Below, in pieces: positions 1 to 7,196 of a DNA stretch of 32,326 nt (within the stretch, counting starts at the first letter, position 1; every line of letters begins with the position of its first letter). Both the position numbers and the translations under genes were made by a program. The notes under the pieces are model-generated. The model made no database searches. It was not told where the DNA came from and worked only from the letters and a program-made list of their open reading frames with translations. Source of the DNA: a virus (Duplodnaviria > Caudoviricetes); the IMG/VR virus record IMGVR_UViG_3300020413_000042, positions 1-32,326 of that record. One strand, given 5' to 3'.

Positions 1-92
1 CTTACTAAGTCTTCATCTATTGGTTCACTTCCACCTCTGGTCGATGCCATTAGTGACGCAATTAGAACCTGCGTTAGGTCAATTAAAATCAT
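1..92 (-). CDS. rnh: T4-like RNase H / 5'-3' exonuclease, 5' fragment (runs off the window)
   Basis: Not in the ORF track. The reverse strand from 92 reads MILIDLTQVLIASLMASTRGGSEPIDEDLV..., matching the MILID-x-x-Q...DE-x-LVRH start of T4-like RNase H. ATGA overlap with the upstream stop at 89-91. Confidence 0.8.
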   Translation of the reverse strand, partial: MILIDLTQVLIASLMASTRGGSEPIDEDLV

Positions 93-1201
93 TCAGTTCT
101 CAATAATATAGTGTGTTCGTTTATTCTTCCTGTAGGTTTAGATGATTTTGTATTTACTTCATCTAATACTTTACTTAATACTATTTTACCACCTTCTTGG
201 ATTCTGTCAAGGAAATATTCTGTCTTGTTTCCAATTTTTTTAGATGCACTGTATTTACCAAAGTTTTGTATTGTTGTTCCTTTGACTCCAAGACCAGCTC
301 TATCTTCTGCTTCATACTTGGTAATCTCTTTGGTCTTTGTGTTGAATGTCCATAGTTGCATTGCACCAACAATTAACTCTGGATTAACTGATGTTAGATG
401 ATACTCTGTGTCTGTTATCTTGTAGTTTATCTTTTTAGTTTGTTCCTGTGCAGTGTAAACTTTTTTCTTTCTTGGTTTTCTTTTTTGATTTATCTTACCT
501 TTTGCATACTTATCACAATCTGTTCTGATACCACAAATATATTTGTATGCATCCCTTAGTCCTTTTTTAGATAAGAATGAATATGCTTCTTTCAATTGTG
601 GACATTTACCTTCAACTGCTTCTTCTAATTCTTTTTCTAGATTGTGGAAATTGTCACCTACTTTTACTGCAACTGGGCCTGATACTTGTTCATCTGTTAG
701 ATATGCAAAGACATCGAATTTATTTTTAGGGTCATCAAAATATAAATCTATTTGGTATTCTATTTCACCAGCATATTCATTTGCTTTGTTTAGAATTCTT
801 TCTTGAATAGAGATAACTGGTTTCTTTTTCTTCTCTTCGTCTTTGATTGCTTTGAGAGAGTCTATATCTGTAATACATTTATTAATATGTTTTTCTATGA
901 ACTCAGTTGTAGATGGACTTAACAAATCACCCTCAAACATACATGGAACTGAATTAGTTTGCATTCTTGCAAGTGCAGCTGCAGTTCTAGGGACATATTT
1001 AAGTCTCTTTATCCCTTTAACATATTTGTCTTCATAATCCCTATCAGACATCCATGTTGATAACCACTCACCACATGATTTGTTATCACTCATGTAGTTA
1101 TACCAATTCATGCATCGTCCTTTATCTCTGTCATCCTCTGCATGTGGTTCTATACCATAATAGATTTCATCAAGAGATTTTGTATTTCTCTTATTTCTCA
1201 T
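89..1201 (-). CDS. conserved T4-like phage hypothetical protein (370 aa), upstream of RNase H
   Basis: Long ORF with NWYNY, LxEAYS and C-terminal GRINxxTILLR motifs, typical of the gene preceding rnh in marine T4-like phages. Confidence 0.8.
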   Translation of the reverse strand: MRNKRNTKSLDEIYYGIEPHAEDDRDKGRCMNWYNYMSDNKSCGEWLSTWMSDRDYEDKYVKGIKRLKYVPRTAAALARMQTNSVPCMFEGDLLSPSTTEFIEKHINKCITDIDSLKAIKDEEKKKKPVISIQERILNKANEYAGEIEYQIDLYFDDPKNKFDVFAYLTDEQVSGPVAVKVGDNFHNLEKELEEAVEGKCPQLKEAYSFLSKKGLRDAYKYICGIRTDCDKYAKGKINQKRKPRKKKVYTAQEQTKKINYKITDTEYHLTSVNPELIVGAMQLWTFNTKTKEITKYEAEDRAGLGVKGTTIQNFGKYSASKKIGNKTEYFLDRIQEGGKIVLSKVLDEVNTKSSKPTGRINEHTILLRTE

Positions 1202-1207
1202 CTAAAT

Positions 1208-1215
1208 TACTTATA
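1208..1215 (-). promoter_or_regulatory. late-promoter variant TATAAGTA, 6 nt before ATG 1201
   Basis: One mismatch to the T4 late consensus TATAAATA; no SD present. Confidence 0.4.
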
Positions 1216-1227
1216 AAAATCGAAATT

Positions 1228-1458
1228 TTAAGTATTGTCACCCTCAGTATAAGTAGTTCTTTGTTTATCGAACTGACCTTTACCTGTAAGTGGTTGTTTC
1301 TGAAAAGGGAAGCCTTCTTCTCTTTTCTTAGGTAAATTATCCATGTAATTCTTTACTTTTTTCTTCTGTTTATCTTCTGCAACAATAATACTACTACCGA
1401 TTGCAAAGATACCAGCTCCAATAACTAAAAGAATTTGTGTTATTATTTCCCAATCCAT
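1228..1458 (-). CDS. small membrane-anchored hypothetical protein (76 aa)
   Basis: N-terminal hydrophobic helix ILLVIGAGIFAIGSSIIV followed by a basic tail. Confidence 0.7.
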   Translation of the reverse strand: MDWEIITQILLVIGAGIFAIGSSIIVAEDKQKKKVKNYMDNLPKKREEGFPFQKQPLTGKGQFDKQRTTYTEGDNT

Positions 1459-1766
1459 TCTATATCCTCTTTTGGTATTACTTGATAAGCACCTTTATTG
1501 TATGCTGGTGCAACTGTAAACTTTTTAGACTCTTCTAGTTTCCAAGAATTATCTATGTTTTTAGTTGGTCTTGCATTAACACCCAATGAAGGATATTTCT
1601 TATCAAATTCTTCTTTTGTTTTTTGTCTGTCTATTTCCAATTGACTTGGAACATACTTTTTGTATGACACAGTATGACACTTTTTCTTTGTAGAAAGACT
1701 CTTGGTCTTTCTTTTACGACCAGACATGTCATACCTTAAACTGTTTCCTAAATTTATTGTACCCAT
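1443..1766 (-). CDS. conserved T4-like hypothetical protein (107 aa)
   Basis: C-terminal FTVAPAYNKGAYQVI motif, recurrent in T4-like marine phages. Confidence 0.75.
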   Translation of the reverse strand: MGTINLGNSLRYDMSGRKRKTKSLSTKKKCHTVSYKKYVPSQLEIDRQKTKEEFDKKYPSLGVNARPTKNIDNSWKLEESKKFTVAPAYNKGAYQVIPKEDIEWIGK

Positions 1767-2143
1767 ATTGTAATCAAATTCCTTAGTAGGAAAAACAATC
1801 CTACAGTGTTTAACATAATTAACGCTCTATCTTTCCATGCAATAGAAACACCTACCCAACCAGTGATACCAATGATTGATAAAATCAAATCTACATTTTG
1901 TAATTCTGGAATTCCACGAATTGACATTGCACTCAAAATAAAAATAGATGATATCCATTTGAGATACCAATCCCATGAATATTTTGGTGTTGCAGATTTA
2001 AATATCCTAGTAGAGTTTTTAAGTTCTTCTTTAGTAAAACTACTAGAATGCTTCTTTGCTTTTTCTTTCAGACTCAGCAATTTGTTTTTTAAGTTCTTTT
2101 TCAAAATCTTTCCATTCCTTAACTGTTTTGAATTCAGTTCCAT
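1754..2143 (-). CDS. small three-TM membrane protein (DUF6552-like); true start uncertain, probably downstream of 2143
   Basis: RIFKSATPKYxWDWYLKW...WKDRALIMLN with three hydrophobic segments. The N-terminal ~33 codons overlap another likely ORF. Confidence 0.65.
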   Translation of the reverse strand: MELNSKQLRNGKILKKNLKNKLLSLKEKAKKHSSSFTKEELKNSTRIFKSATPKYSWDWYLKWISSIFILSAMSIRGIPELQNVDLILSIIGITGWVGVSIAWKDRALIMLNTVGLFFLLRNLITIWVQ

Positions 2144-2180
2144 ATTTAATAAGTTTCTGTTGTTGTTGTGGTTGTGCCAT
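2043..2180 (-). CDS. small hypothetical protein (45 aa, MAQPQQQQKLIKYGTEFKTVKEW...)
   Basis: Below the ORF-track cut-off. GGAG SD 6 nt before ATG; abuts the upstream stop codon. Confidence 0.6.
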   Translation of the reverse strand: MAQPQQQQKLIKYGTEFKTVKEWKDFEKELKKQIAESERKSKEAF

Positions 2181-2182
2181 CA

Positions 2183-2344
2183 TTATCTCCCTTGACCTCG
2201 ATATGCTTTATGAGAAGCTTTCTTTCTCTTGTTCATCGATGACATTCCTATCTTAGTCCTTCGACTACGACCACCCTGTCCTTGAGAAGAACACTTCCTA
2301 GTTTTTGTATGACCACTAGTAAATCCTCTAGTTTTTACTGCCAT
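2183..2344 (-). CDS. small basic protein (53 aa) ending in YRGQGR
   Basis: Below the ORF-track cut-off. GAGG SD; MAVKTRGFTSGHTKTRKCSSQGQGGRSRRTKIGMSSMNKRKKASHKAYRGQGR; the YRGQG end motif is common in small phage proteins. Confidence 0.75.
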   Translation of the reverse strand: MAVKTRGFTSGHTKTRKCSSQGQGGRSRRTKIGMSSMNKRKKASHKAYRGQGR

Positions 2345-2377
2345 AATTCCTCATGTTAGTCTCTCGTTAATTTAAGT

Positions 2378-2492
2378 GAAGTGACAACGATGATGGGGAA
2401 GGAGAGAGTAAACCCAACCATCAGCACCTTTAGGGATTTTAAGGAAGAGTCAGACTTCCACCCAATATACAACTGCTATGAGTTGTCACTTC
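2378..2492 (-). ncRNA. candidate structured RNA (multi-stem)
   Basis: 11-bp terminal inverted repeat GAAGTGACAAC/GTTGTCACTTC enclosing internal stems TGATGG/CCATCA and GGAAG/CTTCC, in a GC-richer intergenic gap. Confidence 0.45.
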
Positions 2493-2499
2493 GAAACTG

Positions 2500-2676
2500 T
2501 TATAAAGTAAATATCTGTCCTAGGAGTTCTTTTTCAAACTCTTCATAAGACTTTGCATCACTTTTGTAAATTGCTTGAACCTCTTCAAAACATGGATGTG
2601 AGTCATCACATTTGTAACCCATGTTATTGATTTCTTTGATTCTAGTATCTTTCCAAGATTGTTTAGTATTTTTCAT
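2500..2676 (-). CDS. hypothetical protein (58 aa, MKNTKQSWKDTRIKEIN...)
   Basis: Below the ORF-track cut-off. Fills the gap directly behind a sigma70-type promoter. Confidence 0.7.
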   Translation of the reverse strand: MKNTKQSWKDTRIKEINNMGYKCDDSHPCFEEVQAIYKSDAKSYEEFEKELLGQIFTL

Positions 2677-2682
2677 ATTTGT

Positions 2683-2712
2683 ATTCTACAATAAATTGCA
2701 CCTATCTGTCAA
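2683..2712 (-). promoter_or_regulatory. sigma70-type early promoter
   Basis: TTGACA-gataggtgcaatttattg(18)-TAGAAT, ATG 6 nt downstream. Confidence 0.75.
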
Positions 2713-2896
2713 GTTTTATAAATTTTCGTCTTGCCTTTGAAAATAGTTTAGATGGTGATTTGTAAAAGATTTCTTCTTTAGTTCCAGTTTTGATATATCC
2801 TACATTCTGATTTTTTTCATTAAAGATGTAGGTGTGATTTGGAACATTACATCCAGAGTCACTCCAATCTGTTATTTCTTTGTAGTATGTAAGCAT
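2702..2896 (-). CDS. hypothetical protein (64 aa)
   Basis: ORF in the early gene run; EITDW..PNHTY..FSKARRKF pattern seen in T4-like phages. Confidence 0.7.
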   Translation of the reverse strand: MLTYYKEITDWSDSGCNVPNHTYIFNEKNQNVGYIKTGTKEEIFYKSPSKLFSKARRKFIKLDR

Positions 2897-2897
2897 A

Positions 2898-3257
2898 TTA
2901 GTATCCCATCCTATGAGTTATTTTTTTGTGAAGTTTTTCTTCTAGTTTTTTTGCTTCTTTTTCACTTGGATATCTATCTTCTAGAAATTGTTTCACATGA
3001 ATCATTTCATGTGCAAGTGTTTGAAACATATTATCATCTTCTTTGGTTAATTCAATTGTTACAGATTCAACATCACCATAACAAAAACCAATTGCATAAT
3101 CATAGTCACTTGGAAACTTATTGTATACCAAGACTTCTATATCTGCCTGTCTAATTTTTAGTTCTTTACATGCTTCTATAACATAATTATAGATTAGTGC
3201 TTCGTCTATATCTTTAACACGACCACCTCGTGGCCCCATAATTGTTACATCAATCAT
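2898..3257 (-). CDS. HExxH zinc-metallopeptidase-like protein
   Basis: TLAHEMIHVKQ motif. Start moved to MIDVTIMG (3257), which overlaps the upstream stop. Confidence 0.7.
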   Translation of the reverse strand: MIDVTIMGPRGGRVKDIDEALIYNYVIEACKELKIRQADIEVLVYNKFPSDYDYAIGFCYGDVESVTIELTKEDDNMFQTLAHEMIHVKQFLEDRYPSEKEAKKLEEKLHKKITHRMGY

Positions 3258-3624
3258 TCCAATTATACTCTGGCTCAATATTGTTATCAAGAATAGTTTG
3301 AATCATTTCGATGATGTCATAGTTTTCACCACCAATATGCCAATCATAATCTTCTAATGGAACACTTCCAGTTTTCCAATTATAAACTGTTCCCTTAAGA
3401 TATTCCCAATCTTGTTCACCATCTTCGTCTGTATAAAAAACTTTACCATCAATAATCCATTCACAATTAACTTTTGCATATGGGTCACCATCTAGGATTG
3501 TTGGTTTACCAAATAACTCTCGTAACTTATCGTAAGTTGTATTTACACTACCTTTTAGTGAACCACTTACGAAATCACTTGAAACTTCGTATTCAATATT
3601 ATCTTTATTGATTTCTAAAAACAT
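3250..3624 (-). CDS. conserved phage hypothetical protein (124 aa)
   Basis: SLKGxVxTTYxxLxxLFGxP..KVxxEW..TVYNWK..WHIGG pattern. Confidence 0.75.
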   Translation of the reverse strand: MFLEINKDNIEYEVSSDFVSGSLKGSVNTTYDKLRELFGKPTILDGDPYAKVNCEWIIDGKVFYTDEDGEQDWEYLKGTVYNWKTGSVPLEDYDWHIGGENYDIIEMIQTILDNNIEPEYNWND

Positions 3625-3824
3625 ACTTCTAACTCCTCAAATTGTTCATCTACTACTAATTCTTTTGCATATTCTACAAAATCTCCACCACCTTCTTTAC
3701 CAGTGAATTGAGATAAAAGTTTTTGACCACTTGGACTTAAAAGTGATGCAAGATATTGAAGAGATTTACCTTCTAACTCTTCATAAAGTTTTTCTTTAAC
3801 TACTGTGTTTGTATTGTTTGACAT
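3615..3824 (-). CDS. hypothetical acidic protein (69 aa)
   Basis: AAGGAG SD; directly behind a promoter. Confidence 0.75.
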   Translation of the reverse strand: MSNNTNTVVKEKLYEELEGKSLQYLASLLSPSGQKLLSQFTGKEGGGDFVEYAKELVVDEQFEELEVCF

Positions 3825-3848
3825 ATATTACTCCTTTATTACTATAGT

Positions 3849-3878
3849 AGTATATCAAAATATGTACCTACCTGTCAA
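3849..3878 (-). promoter_or_regulatory. sigma70-type early promoter (extended -10)
   Basis: TTGACA-ggtaggtacatattttga(18)-TATACT. Confidence 0.8.
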
Positions 3879-3879
3879 A

Positions 3880-3930
3880 TAAAACAAAACCCCAGTCACT
3901 ATCTCACTCTTCAGCAGGTCTTACTGGGGT
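3880..3930 (-). terminator. terminator-like stem with a large loop
   Basis: 8-bp GC-rich stem (3923-3930/3889-3896) followed by TTTGTTTTATTT. Confidence 0.5.
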
Positions 3931-4023
3931 CTCTAGTTGTTGGATTTCTGACTCACTGTCGTTATCAGTTCTTGTAGCAACTTTAGTTGAAAGGTAACGA
4001 ACCTCTATTCCAAACCAACTTAC
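3880..4023 (-). ncRNA. candidate small RNA with its own promoter and terminator
   Basis: No credible ORF. Nested stems 4009-4020/3935-3944 and 3995-4000/3959-3964, then stem ACCCCAGT/ACTGGGGT followed by a T-tract. Confidence 0.5.
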
Positions 4024-4029
4024 TGTAGT

Positions 4030-4059
4030 AGTATATCAAAAAGTGTACCCATCTGTCAA
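4030..4059 (-). promoter_or_regulatory. sigma70-type early promoter (extended -10), directly after the tRNA CCA
   Basis: TTGACA-gatgggtacactttttga(18)-TATACT; near-duplicate of the 3849-3878 promoter. Confidence 0.8.
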
Positions 4060-4060
4060 A

Positions 4061-4136
4061 TGGTGGAGCTGATAGGAATCGAACCTACGACCTTCTGGAT
4101 GCAAACCAGACGCTCTCCCTACTGAGCTACAGCCCC
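4061..4136 (-). tRNA. tRNA-Ala (UGC), CCA encoded
   Basis: GGGGCTGTAGCTCAG...TCTGG-TT-TGC-AT-CCAGA...GGTTCGATTCC...CAGCTCCACCA; G3:U70 alanine identity pair. Confidence 0.97.
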
Positions 4137-4705
4137 TCACTATATTTGTAATTAATTTTAGAATGATGTTGCTCATCAGCTCTGACTTTTTTGATTAAGT
4201 CTGAAAGCTTTGCACTCTTCTTCATCCCATAGTATTCTATTGCAAGTTTTGGTGCTGGGATGTTTTCTACTTCACCACTTTCTACCATCTTAAGGTATTC
4301 GGTATATGACTTTACTGCTTCTTCTTCAAAGTAGTGTATCATTCTATGTGCAGTCTTAGAGAAGAACACATACAAGATAAAATAAAATATCCAAAAGATT
4401 GCTTGTGCAAATAACACTAACCATCTTTCAAATACATTTGGTTTAGTAATTTCTATGAAAAACATAAGATGCATTCTTTCATTCTCTGCTTCTGCAAGAA
4501 GTTCTCTTATCATAGGGCCATACCCTGTTTTCATTTGTCTAAGACTTGTTAAGTGCATCCACATACCAGCAACCATGCCAGGCACACCAGCAACTGTTTC
4601 TAGGACAACTGCACGATGTCCATACCTCTTTGCAAAAAATGTATCTGCAACAAAACGAAAGAACTTCGTCATTGACATTGCAAACCAATCTGATATTTTA
4701 TTCAT
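4127..4705 (-). CDS. aox: alternative oxidase (ubiquinol oxidase, diiron)
   Basis: LETVAGVPGMV, EAENERMHL, FEEEAVxSY and RADExHH motifs of AOX. Likely start MNKISDW at 4705. Confidence 0.93.
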   Translation of the reverse strand: MNKISDWFAMSMTKFFRFVADTFFAKRYGHRAVVLETVAGVPGMVAGMWMHLTSLRQMKTGYGPMIRELLAEAENERMHLMFFIEITKPNVFERWLVLFAQAIFWIFYFILYVFFSKTAHRMIHYFEEEAVKSYTEYLKMVESGEVENIPAPKLAIEYYGMKKSAKLSDLIKKVRADEQHHSKINYKYSEGL

Positions 4706-5033
4706 CCTTATGCATTTTAATGAATGCCTCTGCATCTAAAACCACTAATGGTTTATGATGATTTTTTTTAATTACGACTATGGGTTCATAGTCCCCAGAA
4801 TTCTCTAGTGCTTGTTTATACGATTCCCAGACATTGACTCGTTCTTGATTTTTACATTCAATTGAGTATGGAAATTTCTTCCTTGCAGCTCTTGCCATAA
4901 TGAGGTCTTCACCAGAAGCACCCATAGACCTACTCTCAATATCTTCCACATGTATTTTTAATTCCTCAATGAGTCTCTCACGAGTCCATTTTTGTAAATT
5001 TCTTCCTTTTGCCTTAGCTGATTGTACCTTCAT
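4698..5033 (-). CDS. PD-(D/E)xK nuclease, Holliday-junction-resolvase-like
   Basis: SAKAKGRxLQ..MGASGEDL..SIECKNQE pattern. Confidence 0.75.
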   Translation of the reverse strand: MKVQSAKAKGRNLQKWTRERLIEELKIHVEDIESRSMGASGEDLIMARAARKKFPYSIECKNQERVNVWESYKQALENSGDYEPIVVIKKNHHKPLVVLDAEAFIKMHKDE

Positions 5034-5244
5034 TCACTTTTTCCCATGATATAATTGTATCCCACTCAATGTCATCCCACTTTGAGTTTTCAACATCCCA
5101 AACTACAACTTTATTACTTTGTATACTTTGTTTTGCTGAATGACCTTTGTAAACTCTAGTTATATTTCTACCAGAGTTCAAAGACCTAAAATCTATTTTT
5201 ACTGTAGATGTTTTTAGTGCATCTAATATTACTTCTCTATTCAT
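5014..5244 (-). CDS. small hypothetical protein, SH3/WYL-like (76 aa)
   Basis: LK..VxIxF..G..R..VVWDVE..W pattern of small T4-like proteins. Confidence 0.6.
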   Translation of the reverse strand: MNREVILDALKTSTVKIDFRSLNSGRNITRVYKGHSAKQSIQSNKVVVWDVENSKWDDIEWDTIISWEKVNEGTIS

Positions 5245-5410
5245 CGAAGTTTAACTCCTCGTTCATGTCAAATTCATCTTCTATTTTTAATTCTGAACCA
5301 CAAAATGGACAAAATTTAACTTCATATCCATCACCCATTTCATGTTCTATATCACCTTCTGCACCACACTCTAAACAATAAAAAGACTCCACAAAATCTG
5401 GGTCTTGCAT
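5237..5410 (-). CDS. zinc-ribbon protein (57 aa)
   Basis: Below the ORF-track cut-off. MQDPDFVESFYCLECG...FCPFCG plus acidic tail; AGGAG SD. Confidence 0.8.
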   Translation of the reverse strand: MQDPDFVESFYCLECGAEGDIEHEMGDGYEVKFCPFCGSELKIEDEFDMNEELNFDE

Positions 5411-5434
5411 AATTGTTATCTCCTATTTTTTGTT

Positions 5435-5659
5435 CTAATCCTTGTTATGCCATGCATATAACTGGTCATAACCACCGATGTTTTCACCTTCCACTTTTAT
5501 CTGAGGAAAGGTTCTTGCGCCTGGGAATTGTTCAAATAACTCTTCCCTAGTAAAGTCTACATCCAATTGTCTGTAGACGAATTCGTATCCTTCTCGTTCA
5601 CAAAGTTGTTTTGCTTTGTCACAATAAGGACATACTGGTTTTCCATATATCTCTATCAT
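5435..5659 (-). CDS. nrdC: glutaredoxin
   Basis: CPYC active site, RTFPQI and IGGY motifs; close to nrdAB. Confidence 0.93.
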   Translation of the reverse strand: MIEIYGKPVCPYCDKAKQLCEREGYEFVYRQLDVDFTREELFEQFPGARTFPQIKVEGENIGGYDQLYAWHNKD

Positions 5660-6099
5660 TTCATAGTCTCCTGTATAAATTCACCTAATAGTTCTATATC
5701 ACTATCGGACAACATTTCAGCTTGTCCCCACATTGTAGATGACATTGCACCTACTGTTTCTCTATTTTTATATGCATTAAGTCTACCTACAATATAAGAT
5801 TGAGATTGACCAGCAAGTTTAGGAAAGACTGCCATACCTTGACCTTCTTGTCCATGACAGGCTGCACATCCAGCCCATAATCCTTTGATAGATGAAAAGG
5901 GGTCACCAGCAGCTGCAAGTTGTTTTGCTTGTAAAATTTCAACTGTTGTTCCATGCACTCTTACATATTCTTCATAACATTCACCATAACAACTATGATT
6001 AGATGAATATCCCTTAACTTCTAGATTAGGATATATCATTGTGGAAAAAAATATTCCAAATGTAAATATACCTACCAAAACCATTCCTAATTCCTTCAT
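5656..6099 (-). CDS. membrane-anchored class I cytochrome c (c553/c4-like)
   Basis: N-terminal TM helix; CAACH haem motif, FPKLAGQ, probable axial Met in MSSTMWGQA. Confidence 0.88.
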   Translation of the reverse strand: MKELGMVLVGIFTFGIFFSTMIYPNLEVKGYSSNHSCYGECYEEYVRVHGTTVEILQAKQLAAAGDPFSSIKGLWAGCAACHGQEGQGMAVFPKLAGQSQSYIVGRLNAYKNRETVGAMSSTMWGQAEMLSDSDIELLGEFIQETMK

Positions 6100-7196
6100 A
6101 ATTTAAATCCCTCAAATGTATTTTCTTTTATATCTTGTTTAATACCACCGATGACATAGGATTCAATCTCTGTCTCCTGTGGTGCATTCTGTTGTCCTCT
6201 AGATGATAACCAGTGTTGTGTCCATGGTAATGGATTAGTTCTACTTGAGATATCATATATAGGATTCAAACCAATTGCACGAAGCCTTCTATTTGCAATA
6301 TACTCTACATATTGACTTAATAATGCAGTTGATAATCCTAACATACTACCATATTTAAATAGATACTCTGCCCAATCTTTTTCTTCTGCAACTGCATCTT
6401 CATACATTTTGTAAACATCTGGTTCACAATCTTTCATAACTTTTAACATTACTTTATCTTTTTCTTCTTTCTGATAACATTTTAAAATGTGTTGTGATAT
6501 TGCAAGATGTTGTGCTTCGTCTCTTGCAATTAAACTAATAATCTTTGCAGAACCTTCCATTTTTTTCATTTCTCCAAATGCAAAAGTACATGCAAATGAT
6601 ACAAAGAAACGAATACCTTCAAGTATATTGATACTAATTAGTGCAAGATATAATCTTTTCTTAAGTTCATATTCATCTTTTTCGTATCCTAAACTATATC
6701 TCTGTGCATAGTCTATGAACTCATCATATCTTTTTGTAACTGATTCTGCTCTTGCAATAATCTTTTCGTCATCTAGAATTGTATCAAATACCTTTGTTGG
6801 GTCTGAATACAGATTCTTTATCATGTAAGTGTAGGAACGACTATGGATTGTTTCCATAAAGTCCCATGCAATGATACATCCCTCTAACTCTGGAAGAGTG
6901 CAGAAGGGTAGTAATGCAGTTGCAGGCCCTCTACCTTGAACTGAATCTAAAAGTGTTTGATACTTTAGATTACTAGTAAAGATATGTTTATGTGCTTTAC
7001 TTAGTTCGTTGTAGTCGTTCCTATCTTTTTGAAGAGAAACTTCTTCTGGTCTCCAAAAGTAACCCAATTGTCTTTGTGTGAGTTTGTCGAAAATCGGATA
7101 TTTAAAATCGTCATATCGTTGGGTATTAAGTTCCTCTCCAAAAAAGATTGGATTCTTTAAAAAATTTACTTTGTTTCTATTAAATACTTTACTCAT
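6096..7196 (-). CDS. nrdB: ribonucleotide reductase class Ia beta subunit
   Basis: FWRPEEV, LLDSVQGR, ETIHSRSY, LEGIRF and RDEAQH motifs. Likely start MSKVFN at 7196. Confidence 0.97.
   Translation of the reverse strand: MSKVFNRNKVNFLKNPIFFGEELNTQRYDDFKYPIFDKLTQRQLGYFWRPEEVSLQKDRNDYNELSKAHKHIFTSNLKYQTLLDSVQGRGPATALLPFCTLPELEGCIIAWDFMETIHSRSYTYMIKNLYSDPTKVFDTILDDEKIIARAESVTKRYDEFIDYAQRYSLGYEKDEYELKKRLYLALISINILEGIRFFVSFACTFAFGEMKKMEGSAKIISLIARDEAQHLAISQHILKCYQKEEKDKVMLKVMKDCEPDVYKMYEDAVAEEKDWAEYLFKYGSMLGLSTALLSQYVEYIANRRLRAIGLNPIYDISSRTNPLPWTQHWLSSRGQQNAPQETEIESYVIGGIKQDIKENTFEGFKL

Noticed and set aside
4127-4705. PTOX / cyanophage assignment
   Set aside because: The motifs are AOX-type (LETVAGVPGM, NERMHL), and no photosynthesis genes are present in the window
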